Part shown: positions 9,341-19,322 of the stretch, piece after piece
Layout of the letters: each line of letters begins with the position of its first letter
How positions within the stretch are numbered: the stretch's first letter is position 1
Assembly (NCBI GenBank): GCA_965226055.1
Contig: CBDDCA010000006.1
Span: 352,001 to 416,000 of the forward strand
Length of the DNA: 64,000 nucleotides
Direction: 5' to 3'
DNA from: Spirochaetia bacterium
GTDB taxonomy: Bacteria > Spirochaetota > Spirochaetia > WTKD01 > G963693115
Position numbers and translations under genes: made by a program
The notes under the pieces: model-generated
What the model saw: the letters and a program-made list of their open reading frames with translations, nothing else
What the model was told of the DNA's origin: nothing
The model's database searches: none

Positions 9341-10924
9341 TCACAATGGCATTGCAATATTCAGCTGTTCACAAACATCCTTAATGCTGTTGTCTGTCTC
9401 TTGCATTGCCTTTTTTAGCTCTTTTATTTCCACACTTAGCGCCTGTATATCCACAGGCTCTTCTTCATCAAAAGTGTCAACATAGCGTGGTATGTTTAAG
9501 TTATAGCCGTTTTCCTTTATCTCATCCATAGGGGCATTATACGAATATTTATCTATTGCTTGCCTGCTTCTATAGGTATCAATAATTTTGTCTATATGTT
9601 CCTCTGTCAGTGAGTTTTGATTTTTCTTCTTTTCGTACTGCTGTGATGCATCAATAAACAGCACGGCATCATCCTGCTCTCTACATTTCTTAAACACTAA
9701 AATACAGGTAGGAATACTAGTCCCATAAAATATATTTGAAGGCAATCCTATCACTGCATCCAAGTAGTTTTTACTTTCTATCAAGTACTTTCTTATATGT
9801 GCCTCACTTGCACCTCTAAACAACACACCATGTGGCAATACCACTGCCATAATGCCTCTCTCTTCTAAGTGATATATCATATGTTGTACAAACGCAAAGT
9901 CTGCTTTTGTTTTTGGGGCAAGTGTTCCATATGCCGAAAATCGTTCATCAGTCTGAAAAAAAGAACTAGCTGACCATTGAGCACTAAAGGGAGGATTTGC
10001 CACAATAGCTTCAAATTTTTCCGTATGCTGTGGTCGTTCTAGAGTATCCTCCTGTTTAATATCAAAATCACGATAGGATATATCATGCATTATCATGTTC
10101 ATTCGAGCTAAATTGTAAGTGGTACGATTTAACTCTTGCCCATAAAAATTGGAAACATTTGTTACTTCTTTTGCTACCCGCAATAACAAGGAGCCTGAGC
10201 CACAGGTAGGATCATACACTGTAAGCAATTTTTTCTTTCCTGTTGTCACTATCTTTGCTAGTATACGTGATACCTCTTGTGGAGTATAAAATTCCCCTGC
10301 TTTTTTTCCAGCACTTGCAGCAAACTGAGCAATGAGATATTCATAGGCATCTCCCAATACATCTCTTTTATGATTTTGAAAATCAAAATCTACCGCATCC
10401 AAACTTGAAAGTATTCTTACAATAAGCGTATTTCTCTCTTCCACCGTTTTTCCCAGTTTCGTAGAATTAAGATCTAAATCTTCAAAAAGATGTATAAAAT
10501 CATCTTCGCTTTCATATCCCATCGTTGTTGTTTCAATATTACTAAGAATTTTACCTAAATCGTCTAAAATAAACTGGCTTGTAGCATTTTTGTCAGTGTT
10601 ATTTCCACGTCTTAGCAACTGAGAAAATAACTCTTCAGGAAAAAGAAAGTATCCCAACTCATTTATAGATCTTTTCTTTACATTCTTTATAATATCCAAA
10701 TACTTTTCTTTCTCTTTCTCATGAGAATCAACGAGAGAAGTATATGTTATTTCATCTTGCTCCAATAGCTTGTTTGCATGCGCTTCCATCTTTTCAGATA
10801 AATACTTATAAAAGATAAACCCTAGAATATAGTCCTTAAACTGATCAGCATCCATTTTACCTCGTAAGGCATTGGCAATACTCCAGAGCTGTGTCTCTAG
10901 CTGTTTTTTTTCTTGCTCGCTCAT
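9341..10924 (-). CDS. hsdM: Type I R-M methyltransferase subunit M
   Basis: LWSIANALRG, GEFYTPQEVS, YDPTCGSGSLL, ANPPF, PHGVLFRG, YNLNIPRYV. Confidence 0.97.
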   Translation of the reverse strand: MSEQEKKQLETQLWSIANALRGKMDADQFKDYILGFIFYKYLSEKMEAHANKLLEQDEITYTSLVDSHEKEKEKYLDIIKNVKKRSINELGYFLFPEELFSQLLRRGNNTDKNATSQFILDDLGKILSNIETTTMGYESEDDFIHLFEDLDLNSTKLGKTVEERNTLIVRILSSLDAVDFDFQNHKRDVLGDAYEYLIAQFAASAGKKAGEFYTPQEVSRILAKIVTTGKKKLLTVYDPTCGSGSLLLRVAKEVTNVSNFYGQELNRTTYNLARMNMIMHDISYRDFDIKQEDTLERPQHTEKFEAIVANPPFSAQWSASSFFQTDERFSAYGTLAPKTKADFAFVQHMIYHLEERGIMAVVLPHGVLFRGASEAHIRKYLIESKNYLDAVIGLPSNIFYGTSIPTCILVFKKCREQDDAVLFIDASQQYEKKKNQNSLTEEHIDKIIDTYRSRQAIDKYSYNAPMDEIKENGYNLNIPRYVDTFDEEEPVDIQALSVEIKELKKAMQETDNSIKDVCEQLNIAMPL

Positions 10925-11031
10925 ATAATTTAGTATAGCACTATATTGTTATCTGTACAGAAAGGATTATATATACGCACGAGTTCAAGCATAAAATACT
11001 ATGAGATAAAAATATGATATAGTATACATAG

Positions 11032-11106
11032 GCTCCCGGTAGCTCAATAGGATAGAGCAATCGCCTCCTAAGCGATAGGTTGCGGGTTCGACTCCCGTCC
11101 GGAGCA
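11032..11106 (+). tRNA. tRNA-Arg(CCT)
   Basis: D arm TAGCTCAATAGGATAGAGC, anticodon arm ATCGC-CT-CCT-AA-GCGAT, T arm GCGGG-TTCGACT-CCCGT. Acceptor stem GCTC(C)CGG/CCGGAGC. CCA is not encoded. Confidence 0.92.
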
Positions 11107-11180
11107 TTATGTGGATGCCACAGTATAAGAAACACTTATTATTATGATTATCAAACAATAAAAATAAGAAAGGAACATGT

Positions 11181-13328
11181 ATGAAAAAATTTGTAAAATT
11201 TATTTTTTTTATTATCCTCGTTATTGCAATAGTGGTTGCAATAACACAGTTTAGACAGTACTTAACATTATCGTATATACAATCACAGCTAAGTACTTTA
11301 CAGGCATATATACAAAATAATTTCTGGTATTCTGTGCTTGTTTATTTTTGCATATATGTGCTTGCTACTGCTATTTCAATCCCTGGAGCAATATTACTCA
11401 CCCTCTTGGGAGGAGCATTATTTGGGGCCATATATGGCACTATTATCGTTTCATTTGCAAGCACTATAGGAGCAACAATTTCCTTTATTCTTGGACGCTT
11501 TTTGTTTCGTGGATCCTTAGAGAAAAAATTTCCAAAACAACTTGCAAACATCAACAAAGGAGTACAAAGAGAAGGGGCTAATTATTTATTTGCCTTACGT
11601 CTTGTTCCTGTATTTCCTTTCTTTGTTATCAATCTCCTTATGGGACTTACACGTATACCAGTACTCACTTTTATGATAGTAAGTCAAATTGGTATGTTGC
11701 CTGGCACCATAGTGTATGTATATGCTGGGGGAGCATTATCTACATTACAAAATTTAGGGGATATTGTAAGCCCACAAATATGGCTTGCGTTTGCACTTAT
11801 TGCTACACTGCCTTTTATCTCTAAGTTGATAACTGGTGCTATAAAAAAAGCAAAACTCTATAAAGGACTTAAGAAACCAAAGCAATTTGACACAAATGTT
11901 GCTATTATTGGAGCTGGCTCAGGAGGACTTATTGCTGCGTATATTGCCGCAGCTATCAAAGCAAAACCAGTACTTATAGAAAAAGCCGAAATGGGTGGCG
12001 ATTGTCTCAACCGTGGCTGTGTTCCTTCAAAAGCACTCTTATCAATTAGTAAATATGCCGATGCACACAAAGATTCGGAAGCGGTGGGCATTAGCTATAC
12101 GAAACCAAAAATAAACTTCAAAAAAGTAATGGCAATGGTACACGAAGCTATCAATACCGTAGCTCCACACGATAGTGTAGAACGCTATACTTCACTAGGA
12201 GTACAGTGTATACAAGGTACTGCAGAACTTGTATCTCCATGGGAAGTAAAAGTAGGAGAAAAAACTATAGTGGCAAGAAACATCATATTAGCTACTGGAG
12301 GCTATCCTCGTATCCTTGATATTCCCGGTGCTGACACAGTAACGCAATATACCTCTGATACAATATGGAACATAACTACATTGCCCGAAGAGCTTATCGT
12401 AGTAGGAGGTGGTCCTATAGGATGTGAACTAAGCCTTGCTTTCTCTCGACTTGGAAGCAAAGTAGTGCTTATACAAAGAAACAATCAACTGCTTCCCCAA
12501 GAAGATCCAGAAGTAGGAGCAATAGCAAAAGATACATTACAAAAACATGGAGTACATGTTGTCACTGGCTTTAGTCCAGAACAAATACTCACAAAAAATA
12601 AAAAGCAATACCTACAAATAAGTGTAGACGGAAAAGCAAAGCATGTGCCTTTTACTCACCTCCTTGTTGCAGCAGGAAGACAGGCTGCTACAGAATCGTT
12701 TAAGCATAGTGGACTACAGTTTGAGTATAACAACAATGGCACGCTGTATACAAACGAATATTTACAAACAAGCTATAACAACATATTTGCAGTAGGAGAT
12801 CTGACAGGCCCATATCAATTTACCCATACCGCAGGACACATGGGATGGTATGCAGTAGTAAATGCTCTTTTTGGTGGTCTTAAAAAATTTGCTATTGACT
12901 ATTCATGTGTTCCAGCAGTTACCTATTTAAGTCCAGAAATAGCACGTGTCGGCTTAAACGAGAAAGAAGCAAAAGAACAAAACATAGCATATGAAACAAC
13001 CATATATAAAATGGAAGAACTTGATAGAGCAATAGCCGAACGAAAAACAGAAGGTTTCATCAAGATACTCACAAAACCAAAGAAAGATACTATTCTTGGT
13101 GCTACTGTGGTATCAGAACGAGGAGGCGAAATATTAGGAGAGCTGTTGCTTGCGACAAAATACAAACTAGGGCTTAATAAAATTCTTGGAGTTATCCATC
13201 CTTACCCTACTTTTACAGAATCAGTAAAGGCTACTGCAGGAGTGTGGAAAAAAGCTCATTCCCCTACAAAAGCATTGCAGATGCTTGAGAAATACTTTGC
13301 GAAAAAAGTCAAAAAACAAGAGGAATAG
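11181..13328 (+). CDS. TVP38/VTT (DedA-like) membrane domain fused to a pyridine nucleotide-disulfide oxidoreductase
   Basis: N-terminal membrane region with LRLVPVFPFFVIN, then GAGSGG, GGDCLNRGCVPSK, GGGPIGCE and HPYPT. Confidence 0.88.
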   Translation: MKKFVKFIFFIILVIAIVVAITQFRQYLTLSYIQSQLSTLQAYIQNNFWYSVLVYFCIYVLATAISIPGAILLTLLGGALFGAIYGTIIVSFASTIGATISFILGRFLFRGSLEKKFPKQLANINKGVQREGANYLFALRLVPVFPFFVINLLMGLTRIPVLTFMIVSQIGMLPGTIVYVYAGGALSTLQNLGDIVSPQIWLAFALIATLPFISKLITGAIKKAKLYKGLKKPKQFDTNVAIIGAGSGGLIAAYIAAAIKAKPVLIEKAEMGGDCLNRGCVPSKALLSISKYADAHKDSEAVGISYTKPKINFKKVMAMVHEAINTVAPHDSVERYTSLGVQCIQGTAELVSPWEVKVGEKTIVARNIILATGGYPRILDIPGADTVTQYTSDTIWNITTLPEELIVVGGGPIGCELSLAFSRLGSKVVLIQRNNQLLPQEDPEVGAIAKDTLQKHGVHVVTGFSPEQILTKNKKQYLQISVDGKAKHVPFTHLLVAAGRQAATESFKHSGLQFEYNNNGTLYTNEYLQTSYNNIFAVGDLTGPYQFTHTAGHMGWYAVVNALFGGLKKFAIDYSCVPAVTYLSPEIARVGLNEKEAKEQNIAYETTIYKMEELDRAIAERKTEGFIKILTKPKKDTILGATVVSERGGEILGELLLATKYKLGLNKILGVIHPYPTFTESVKATAGVWKKAHSPTKALQMLEKYFAKKVKKQEE

Positions 13329-13371
13329 CACACACTAATATATAACAACCGTATATAACCCACAAGGGGAG

Positions 13372-13869
13372 CTACCATATACGTGGCACAAAAGAGCTTG
13401 TATTCTCTGACAACACCGTATGGTGAGGACGTGAAAACAAATATAAGCCCAATGTATCGGCAAGTTTTTTTGCTGAACGGGATATTGTATATCCTGCTAG
13501 CCCAAAAAATACCTGTGTGATTTTGTGATTTTTATTTACATATCCCGAATAAAAACGCTTAAACAGTTCTGCAAGCTCATCAAGGCTAATCCTTATATCA
13601 GGAATAAGAAAAGGAAACCCTCTCTCAAATACTTGTTCTACCGTTTGCTTTGTAATATCATGTTCTACACTAATAAGAGCAAATGAGTCTTTACTTAACA
13701 TGATAATATTACGCTCATTGAGTTCAGAACAAAAACTACATTTTTCAACAAAATTAAATTGCTCATTATCAAGCATAGGGTATTTTGAAAAATGTTCCGA
13801 AAAATATTCTTCAACATTCTTTGTTCGTTCTTTAGAAAAATCTTGAAAGTAAATATCAATTAAGTCCAT
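13372..13869 (-). CDS. Hypothetical protein with a degenerate PD-(D/E)XK-like C-terminus
   Basis: The C-terminus GLAGYTI...AKKLADTLGLYLF...NTSSFVPRIW resembles DUF3782-type proteins. No clear ExK motif. Confidence 0.45.
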   Translation of the reverse strand: MDLIDIYFQDFSKERTKNVEEYFSEHFSKYPMLDNEQFNFVEKCSFCSELNERNIIMLSKDSFALISVEHDITKQTVEQVFERGFPFLIPDIRISLDELAELFKRFYSGYVNKNHKITQVFFGLAGYTISRSAKKLADTLGLYLFSRPHHTVLSENTSSFVPRIW

Positions 13870-13922
13870 ATATAATCCATAGTATCATACTTCTATAACA
13901 AAAAATTATAGTTATTACTCTA

Positions 13923-14261
13923 TTGTATTATAATAGAAAATGGAAAAAATGCAATACACATTTTAAGGAAATTATATACACTGTAGCCAATAGTAAAATA
14001 ACTGAGAATAAACAATCAAACAATATGCATTGTATAAATTTATTTGCAAATGGAACTGTTACTATACAGCCACATGGTGAGATTAACGATAGAAAAATTG
14101 TTATTGTTCATGGACATGACACAGATGCAAAAAATGCTTTAGAGGTTATGAACTTTAGGTGGGGATTAAAACCTTTTGCTATTCAAGTTGATGAAAAAAT
14201 TGAAGAAATTAAAGACAGGCTTCGATTACGATTAGAAAGTCTGGGTATAGAATTTCATTAA
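13923..14261 (+). pseudogene. Internally deleted TIR-like nucleotide-binding protein
   Basis: INLFANGTVTIQ...KIVIVHGHDTDAKNALEVM...WGLKPF matches the start of bacterial TIR-like (Cap12/Pycsar-type) domains, then jumps directly to a C-terminal-like helix. Confidence 0.55.
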
Positions 14262-14508
14262 ATTTTATGGTAAATATTTAGTGACATCTATTTAGAATTA
14301 TTAGATTTAGCTCTTTCTTTCTGTTGCTTTTTATGTTCCTTTAATTCTTTAGACAGGTAGTATTCGCACCATCTTTATTAATTCCTCAAGGTTTACAAAG
14401 GTAGGAAGTAGCGATATACTATTTTCTTTCATGAAGACAATGTAATAATTCTCTTTTCATAAAGTACAAACTCAAGCAGTAGTTTCTCTATTTCTATCAC
14501 ATATATCA

Positions 14509-15294
14509 TCATGTATGTTTTACAAACAATGATTTTATTTTTTTATACACACGAATAAAAAAATAAGAAAATGAGTTTTTAAACAATACTTTTTTAAGAA
14601 GGTCATACCGTGTACTTCCTTGTCTCCATAGCCCATGCGTGTAATGGATACAATAAACATCTGGGTCACTTCTTAGTTGTTTGTAATCTTTTGGAAGTAG
14701 TAGACTAGGAATACGAAAATGAAAATGCTTACGTTTTGGCAGTGTCATATGTTTTTTGTCTTCTTCTGGAAGAGAATGGTACACTGCACTGATTACAGTG
14801 GGTCCAGAAAAAGCTACTACTGCATCAGTGTACTGCTGCTGCTTTTCAGGCGGAGAGGTATTTTGAATAGTAGAAAGAAGAGAAAGCCAAAAAGGATGAT
14901 TTTTTTTAGAGGCAATGATAGCATTCCCTAACCTTACTGTACCTTCCTCCTGATCCCTCTCTAATGGAATAACAATGTCATGCATGTTCCAAGTATCCAA
15001 AGGACGTGTTATTTCACAATCAAAATCCATATACCAACCACCATAATGATACAAAACAATATAGCGAAAAATATCCGATTGTATTACTACTTCATAGGTA
15101 TTTCCCTCAAAAAAAGGCATATAGTGAGCATAGTGTTCTTTTATCAAGGAACACGCATTTTCAAAATTCCAGTTATAATAGTACCAATGGCTAAGATACT
15201 TTCTACTCTTTTTCGACAATGCTTTCCATTGCCACGGTATTCTCTGTTTTTTTTCACGAAGAAAATAAATTTGATGAAGAATAGAAGGAATCAT
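14509..15294 (-). CDS. Glycosyltransferase family 32 (DXD, OCH1-like)
   Basis: MIPSILHQIY, SDIFRYIVLYHYGGWYMDFD, NAIIASKKNHPFW, SGP. Confidence 0.88.
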   Translation of the reverse strand: MIPSILHQIYFLREKKQRIPWQWKALSKKSRKYLSHWYYYNWNFENACSLIKEHYAHYMPFFEGNTYEVVIQSDIFRYIVLYHYGGWYMDFDCEITRPLDTWNMHDIVIPLERDQEEGTVRLGNAIIASKKNHPFWLSLLSTIQNTSPPEKQQQYTDAVVAFSGPTVISAVYHSLPEEDKKHMTLPKRKHFHFRIPSLLLPKDYKQLRSDPDVYCIHYTHGLWRQGSTRYDLLKKVLFKNSFSYFFIRVYKKIKSLFVKHT

Positions 15295-15378
15295 ATATAC
15301 TATTTATTATAGCACAATAACATAAAAAACATAAGATACTATATACTAATAAATAGACACAATAATAAAAGAGGTTTT

Positions 15379-16416
15379 ATGAGAAAAAACAATACAAAAT
15401 TTTTAATGCTATTTCTTACATCAGCAATACTATCATGTGATAACAATACAGAAGCAGGTGAACTGCTTGCGACTATAGAGACAAACAAAGGAACTATCAC
15501 TTTGGAGCTTTTTTATGAACAAGCCCCTCTTACGGTCAGTAATTTTGTAGGATTGGCAACTGGCGTATTTGCAAAAGAGAATGATTCTATTACAAAAAAA
15601 GGCAATTACTATGATGGACTCAAATTTCATCGTGTAGTACCAAATTTTGTTATTCAGGGAGGTGACCCTCAAGGCACTGGTGTTGGCGGTCCTGGATATG
15701 AATTTCTTAACGAAATACATCCTGATCTGATGCACAATAAAAAAGGAATACTTTCTATGGCAAACGCAGGTCCAGATACAAATGGCAGCCAATTTTTTAT
15801 TACACTCAGCGCTACCCCCCACTTAGATGGTGGATACAGTGTCTTTGGTGAAGTAAAAGAAGGAATAGAGGTTGTTGAAAATATTCAGGAAGGCGACATC
15901 ATGAACACAATCACTATTTCAGCAACAAAAAAATCAAAGGCAGAAACATTCTTAAAAGAAGTAAGCTGGGAAAGTTTTCAAGCACTTAATACGCAATACA
16001 AAGAAGAAAAACAAAAAAAGCAAGATTCACTACTTGCTGATACTATCACGCTCATAGAAAAAGAGACACCGAAATTAACAAAGACTGAGGATGGTATCTT
16101 TGTATATCAAATAGAAGAAGGCACAGGACAACAAGTACAACCAGGTGATACTGTAGAAACACATTATGAATTACGACTGTACGGCAACGAAGAAGTTATT
16201 GATAGTTCCTTCTCGCGTGATCAAACATTTGAATTTCAAACAAACTCAAGGTCTGTAATTCAAGGATGGGATATTATTGTACAAACAATGCGTGTAGGAG
16301 ATAAAATTCGGGCAGTTATTCCTCCAAATTTAGGGTATGGAAGTGAAGGTATACAGGGAGCTATTCCTGGAAACTCTTTCCTTGATTTTACTATAGAGCT
16401 TGTTTCAATAAAGTAA
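15379..16416 (+). CDS. Cyclophilin-FKBP fusion peptidyl-prolyl isomerase (lipoprotein)
   Basis: Lipobox AILSC. Cyclophilin motifs FHRVVPNFVIQGGDP, SMANAGPDTNGSQFFIT, HLDGGYSVFG. FKBP motifs IDSSF, VIQGWD, IPPNLGYG. Confidence 0.93.
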   Translation: MRKNNTKFLMLFLTSAILSCDNNTEAGELLATIETNKGTITLELFYEQAPLTVSNFVGLATGVFAKENDSITKKGNYYDGLKFHRVVPNFVIQGGDPQGTGVGGPGYEFLNEIHPDLMHNKKGILSMANAGPDTNGSQFFITLSATPHLDGGYSVFGEVKEGIEVVENIQEGDIMNTITISATKKSKAETFLKEVSWESFQALNTQYKEEKQKKQDSLLADTITLIEKETPKLTKTEDGIFVYQIEEGTGQQVQPGDTVETHYELRLYGNEEVIDSSFSRDQTFEFQTNSRSVIQGWDIIVQTMRVGDKIRAVIPPNLGYGSEGIQGAIPGNSFLDFTIELVSIK

Positions 16417-16433
16417 CATATAATTGACAGAGA

Positions 16434-17843
16434 GTGACAAGTACATTTGTATGCACCACATGTTCTTACGAAAGTGCTAAATGGCACGGTAAGTGTCCTG
16501 ATTGTGGCACTTGGAATAGCTTTGAAGAACGACAAACTGCTTCTCGTACTGCTGCTAAAAACAAGGCAGCACCGTATTCCTCACAATCAGCACTTCCTAT
16601 CAATAGCCTCGCAAATATTGATGTAAAAAAATCTCTTCGTATACATACAGGATCTACTGAGTTTGATAGGGTGCTGGGAGGAGGATTACTTACACAATCG
16701 GTAGTTCTCGTAAGTGGTGAGCCAGGTATCGGAAAATCTACATTACTTCTACAGTTAGCGGCACATGTAAATACACATACTAACAATGCCTCTCACACAG
16801 AGGTTCTGTACATTTGCGGAGAAGAATCGCCTGAACAAATAAAACTTCGCGCAATGAGATTGAACATAGGAACCGCCCCTATTCAGTTAAGTGCAGAATT
16901 CCGTATTGAAAAAATTGAACAACATATAAAAAAAAGTGCTCCTAATATTATTATGATTGATTCTATACAATCAATACGTTCAGAAACACTGGGCTTGCAC
17001 ACTGGGAATATATCTCAACTTCGTGCCTGTATCAGTAGCTGTTACGAATGGAGTCAAACATACAAGTGTGCCATTATTATTGTTGCCCATGTTACAAAAG
17101 ATGGCTCTGTTGCAGGACCTAAGCTTATAGAACATCTTGTCGATACAGTGCTTGTTTTTGAAAACAGCAAAGAAAATCTTCGATTTTTATATTCTCGCAA
17201 AAACAGATTTGGTGCCATTGATGAAGTAGGTGTTTTTAGAATGACAGAAAAAGGGCTTATCGATCTAAATAATTCTAGCAATTATTTTTTAGAAGAACGC
17301 AGAGATCGTTGGCCATCTGGTATTTGTATTGTCACTACATTTGAAGGAACTCGTCCCTTTTTAGTAGAAATTCAAGCACTCACTGTTCCTGTGTTCTCAA
17401 ACAATAGAGTATTTACTGAAGTAGTACATTCAAATCAAGTATTCCGTATTGCAGCAATCCTTGAACGCCATGTGGGTATTTCTTTGTCAAACCAAAATCT
17501 TTATATCAATACTGCTGGAGGTATTCGTATACAAGAATCAGGCATGGAGCTAGCACTTGCTCTCGCATTATATTCTGCGTATCATAATCATCCATTGACT
17601 GCAAACACTTGTGCTATGGGAGAAATAAGTCTTGCAGGCGAAATACGTTCTGTACAACATTTTGAACAACGGTGCAAACAGGCTGAAGATTTTGGTATAA
17701 CCACTCTCATAGTACCAAAAGCAAACCTTGAACATTCAACATTGTCTATCTCAAATGTGCATCTTATTCCTGTTAGCACCATACAAGAAGCTATCAGTAT
17801 TATTGATAATACAAACAAAAAAACAAGGAAGGAACAGGTATGA
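16434..17843 (+). CDS. radA: DNA repair protein RadA/Sms
   Basis: CTTC...CPDC zinc finger, GEPGIGKST, IDSIQ, AGPKLIEHLVD, KNRFG, GEISLAGEIR. Confidence 0.96.
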   Translation: MTSTFVCTTCSYESAKWHGKCPDCGTWNSFEERQTASRTAAKNKAAPYSSQSALPINSLANIDVKKSLRIHTGSTEFDRVLGGGLLTQSVVLVSGEPGIGKSTLLLQLAAHVNTHTNNASHTEVLYICGEESPEQIKLRAMRLNIGTAPIQLSAEFRIEKIEQHIKKSAPNIIMIDSIQSIRSETLGLHTGNISQLRACISSCYEWSQTYKCAIIIVAHVTKDGSVAGPKLIEHLVDTVLVFENSKENLRFLYSRKNRFGAIDEVGVFRMTEKGLIDLNNSSNYFLEERRDRWPSGICIVTTFEGTRPFLVEIQALTVPVFSNNRVFTEVVHSNQVFRIAAILERHVGISLSNQNLYINTAGGIRIQESGMELALALALYSAYHNHPLTANTCAMGEISLAGEIRSVQHFEQRCKQAEDFGITTLIVPKANLEHSTLSISNVHLIPVSTIQEAISIIDNTNKKTRKEQV

Positions 17844-19279
17844 AAAAGCTATTGTTTTTATCATTTCTGCTATGGAGCAGTACTCTATTATACACTATAG
17901 GAGCTTTTACACAAGAGAACATTGATACAAACCAAAACACTACACAAGAATATCTTACTATAAATCAAACTATTGCACAAGATGTTCCGTTAGAAAATAC
18001 CGAAGCTACCAGTACCACTAGCATAATACAATTACCAAAATCATGGTATAAAAAACTTGGCATTGATAATGGACTGGTGGCAAAGTTTAACTTTGGAGAG
18101 AGTTTTTTAATCGTACATTTATTATATCAAGATATGCCTCTGTCAGTAATGTATTTTTTAGGACTAGCATCAGCACGATTTAATCAACAATCAATCATAG
18201 AAGCAACACGAAAAACAGAGCAACAAAACAGTAGAGAAGAACAAACAGAACAACAGAGCAGTGCAGAGGAACAAGCAGTACCAGAACAAACAAATATTAT
18301 AGCGACAGCACTCCCCAGTCCAGAGCTATATACCAACGGTACTGTTGTTTCGTATACTCCTGATTATATACTCTATGCTAATATACATGAACAAAGCCCC
18401 GAAGAGTATCAACAATATACTTTTATGTATGAAAACTATTTTGATCCTCCAAAACGACAAGGAAAAGGGTTTTTAGCGCTTTATGGCACATCATTATTAC
18501 AGATTAGCAGTCGTCTTGTATTTATTTTGTCTGATATAGAAACATTCCCTCTCTCAGTTCCTATTATTGGAGATATACTGTATGATCATTCTTCATTTAA
18601 TACTGTAGAAGAGCTTAGCAATATAGATTCTGTAGAAATACAAGCGCTTGGAAATAGAGCAAATAATTTTTTATCAAGTATTACATGGGATACATTCCAA
18701 TCGCTTGTTCAAGAAGAAGAAGACAATTTCATACAGAATAAACAACAAAATATTGATGCCATACGTCAAGAGTTAAATGAAAAGACATATAGAGAAAGTA
18801 CAAGTGGAATTTTCTTCGAATTTCGTACAGGAAACATTACAGACAATATAGCAAATATTACCACAAAAAACAATGATGTGAGTCAGTTAATTAGTATCTT
18901 AAACAATAATCCTCTCAATATTACCGAGTTAGACAATTCCTATTTGAAAAATGGAAACACTATCCATTTTGACTATACCATGCGAGTATACAATAATAAC
19001 AATACAACCTATATTGACAACAGTTTTGAGTATGAAAATTCAATGAGCTATGTTGTAGGACAAGATACCATCCTCAAAGGAATAGAACAAATATTTACCA
19101 TAATGTCTCCTGATCAAACTGTGTATGCAATTATTCCTCCTTCTCTTGCGTACGATAATGATGGACTAGGAAAGATAGTAAGCGTAAGCGATTTTATAGA
19201 AGTGAAAATAAGCATGTTATCAAAAGCACGCACACAACGAGCTATTGATTCAAATAGCAACAATGAATCTAATAATTGA
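17840..19279 (+). CDS. Diverged cyclophilin-FKBP paralogue, secreted, probably catalytically impaired
   Basis: Collinear with 15379..16416 (MPLSVMYFLGLA vs APLTVSNFVGLA; KGFLAL vs KGILSM; AIIPPSLAY vs AVIPPNLGY), but FHRV, QGGDP and HLDG are lost. Confidence 0.7.
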   Translation: MKKLLFLSFLLWSSTLLYTIGAFTQENIDTNQNTTQEYLTINQTIAQDVPLENTEATSTTSIIQLPKSWYKKLGIDNGLVAKFNFGESFLIVHLLYQDMPLSVMYFLGLASARFNQQSIIEATRKTEQQNSREEQTEQQSSAEEQAVPEQTNIIATALPSPELYTNGTVVSYTPDYILYANIHEQSPEEYQQYTFMYENYFDPPKRQGKGFLALYGTSLLQISSRLVFILSDIETFPLSVPIIGDILYDHSSFNTVEELSNIDSVEIQALGNRANNFLSSITWDTFQSLVQEEEDNFIQNKQQNIDAIRQELNEKTYRESTSGIFFEFRTGNITDNIANITTKNNDVSQLISILNNNPLNITELDNSYLKNGNTIHFDYTMRVYNNNNTTYIDNSFEYENSMSYVVGQDTILKGIEQIFTIMSPDQTVYAIIPPSLAYDNDGLGKIVSVSDFIEVKISMLSKARTQRAIDSNSNNESNN

Positions 19280-19322
19280 TATTCTCTCTATTTCAAACAA
19301 CGATAGTACTAAAAGCACAACT

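Noticed and set aside
10941-11135. 64-aa minus-strand ORF
   Set aside because: It is the antisense reading of the tRNA-Arg gene.
11181-13328. Mercuric reductase MerA call
   Set aside because: No C-terminal Cys-Cys pair, no HMA domain and no mer genes nearby; it fits the known TVP38-oxidoreductase fusion.
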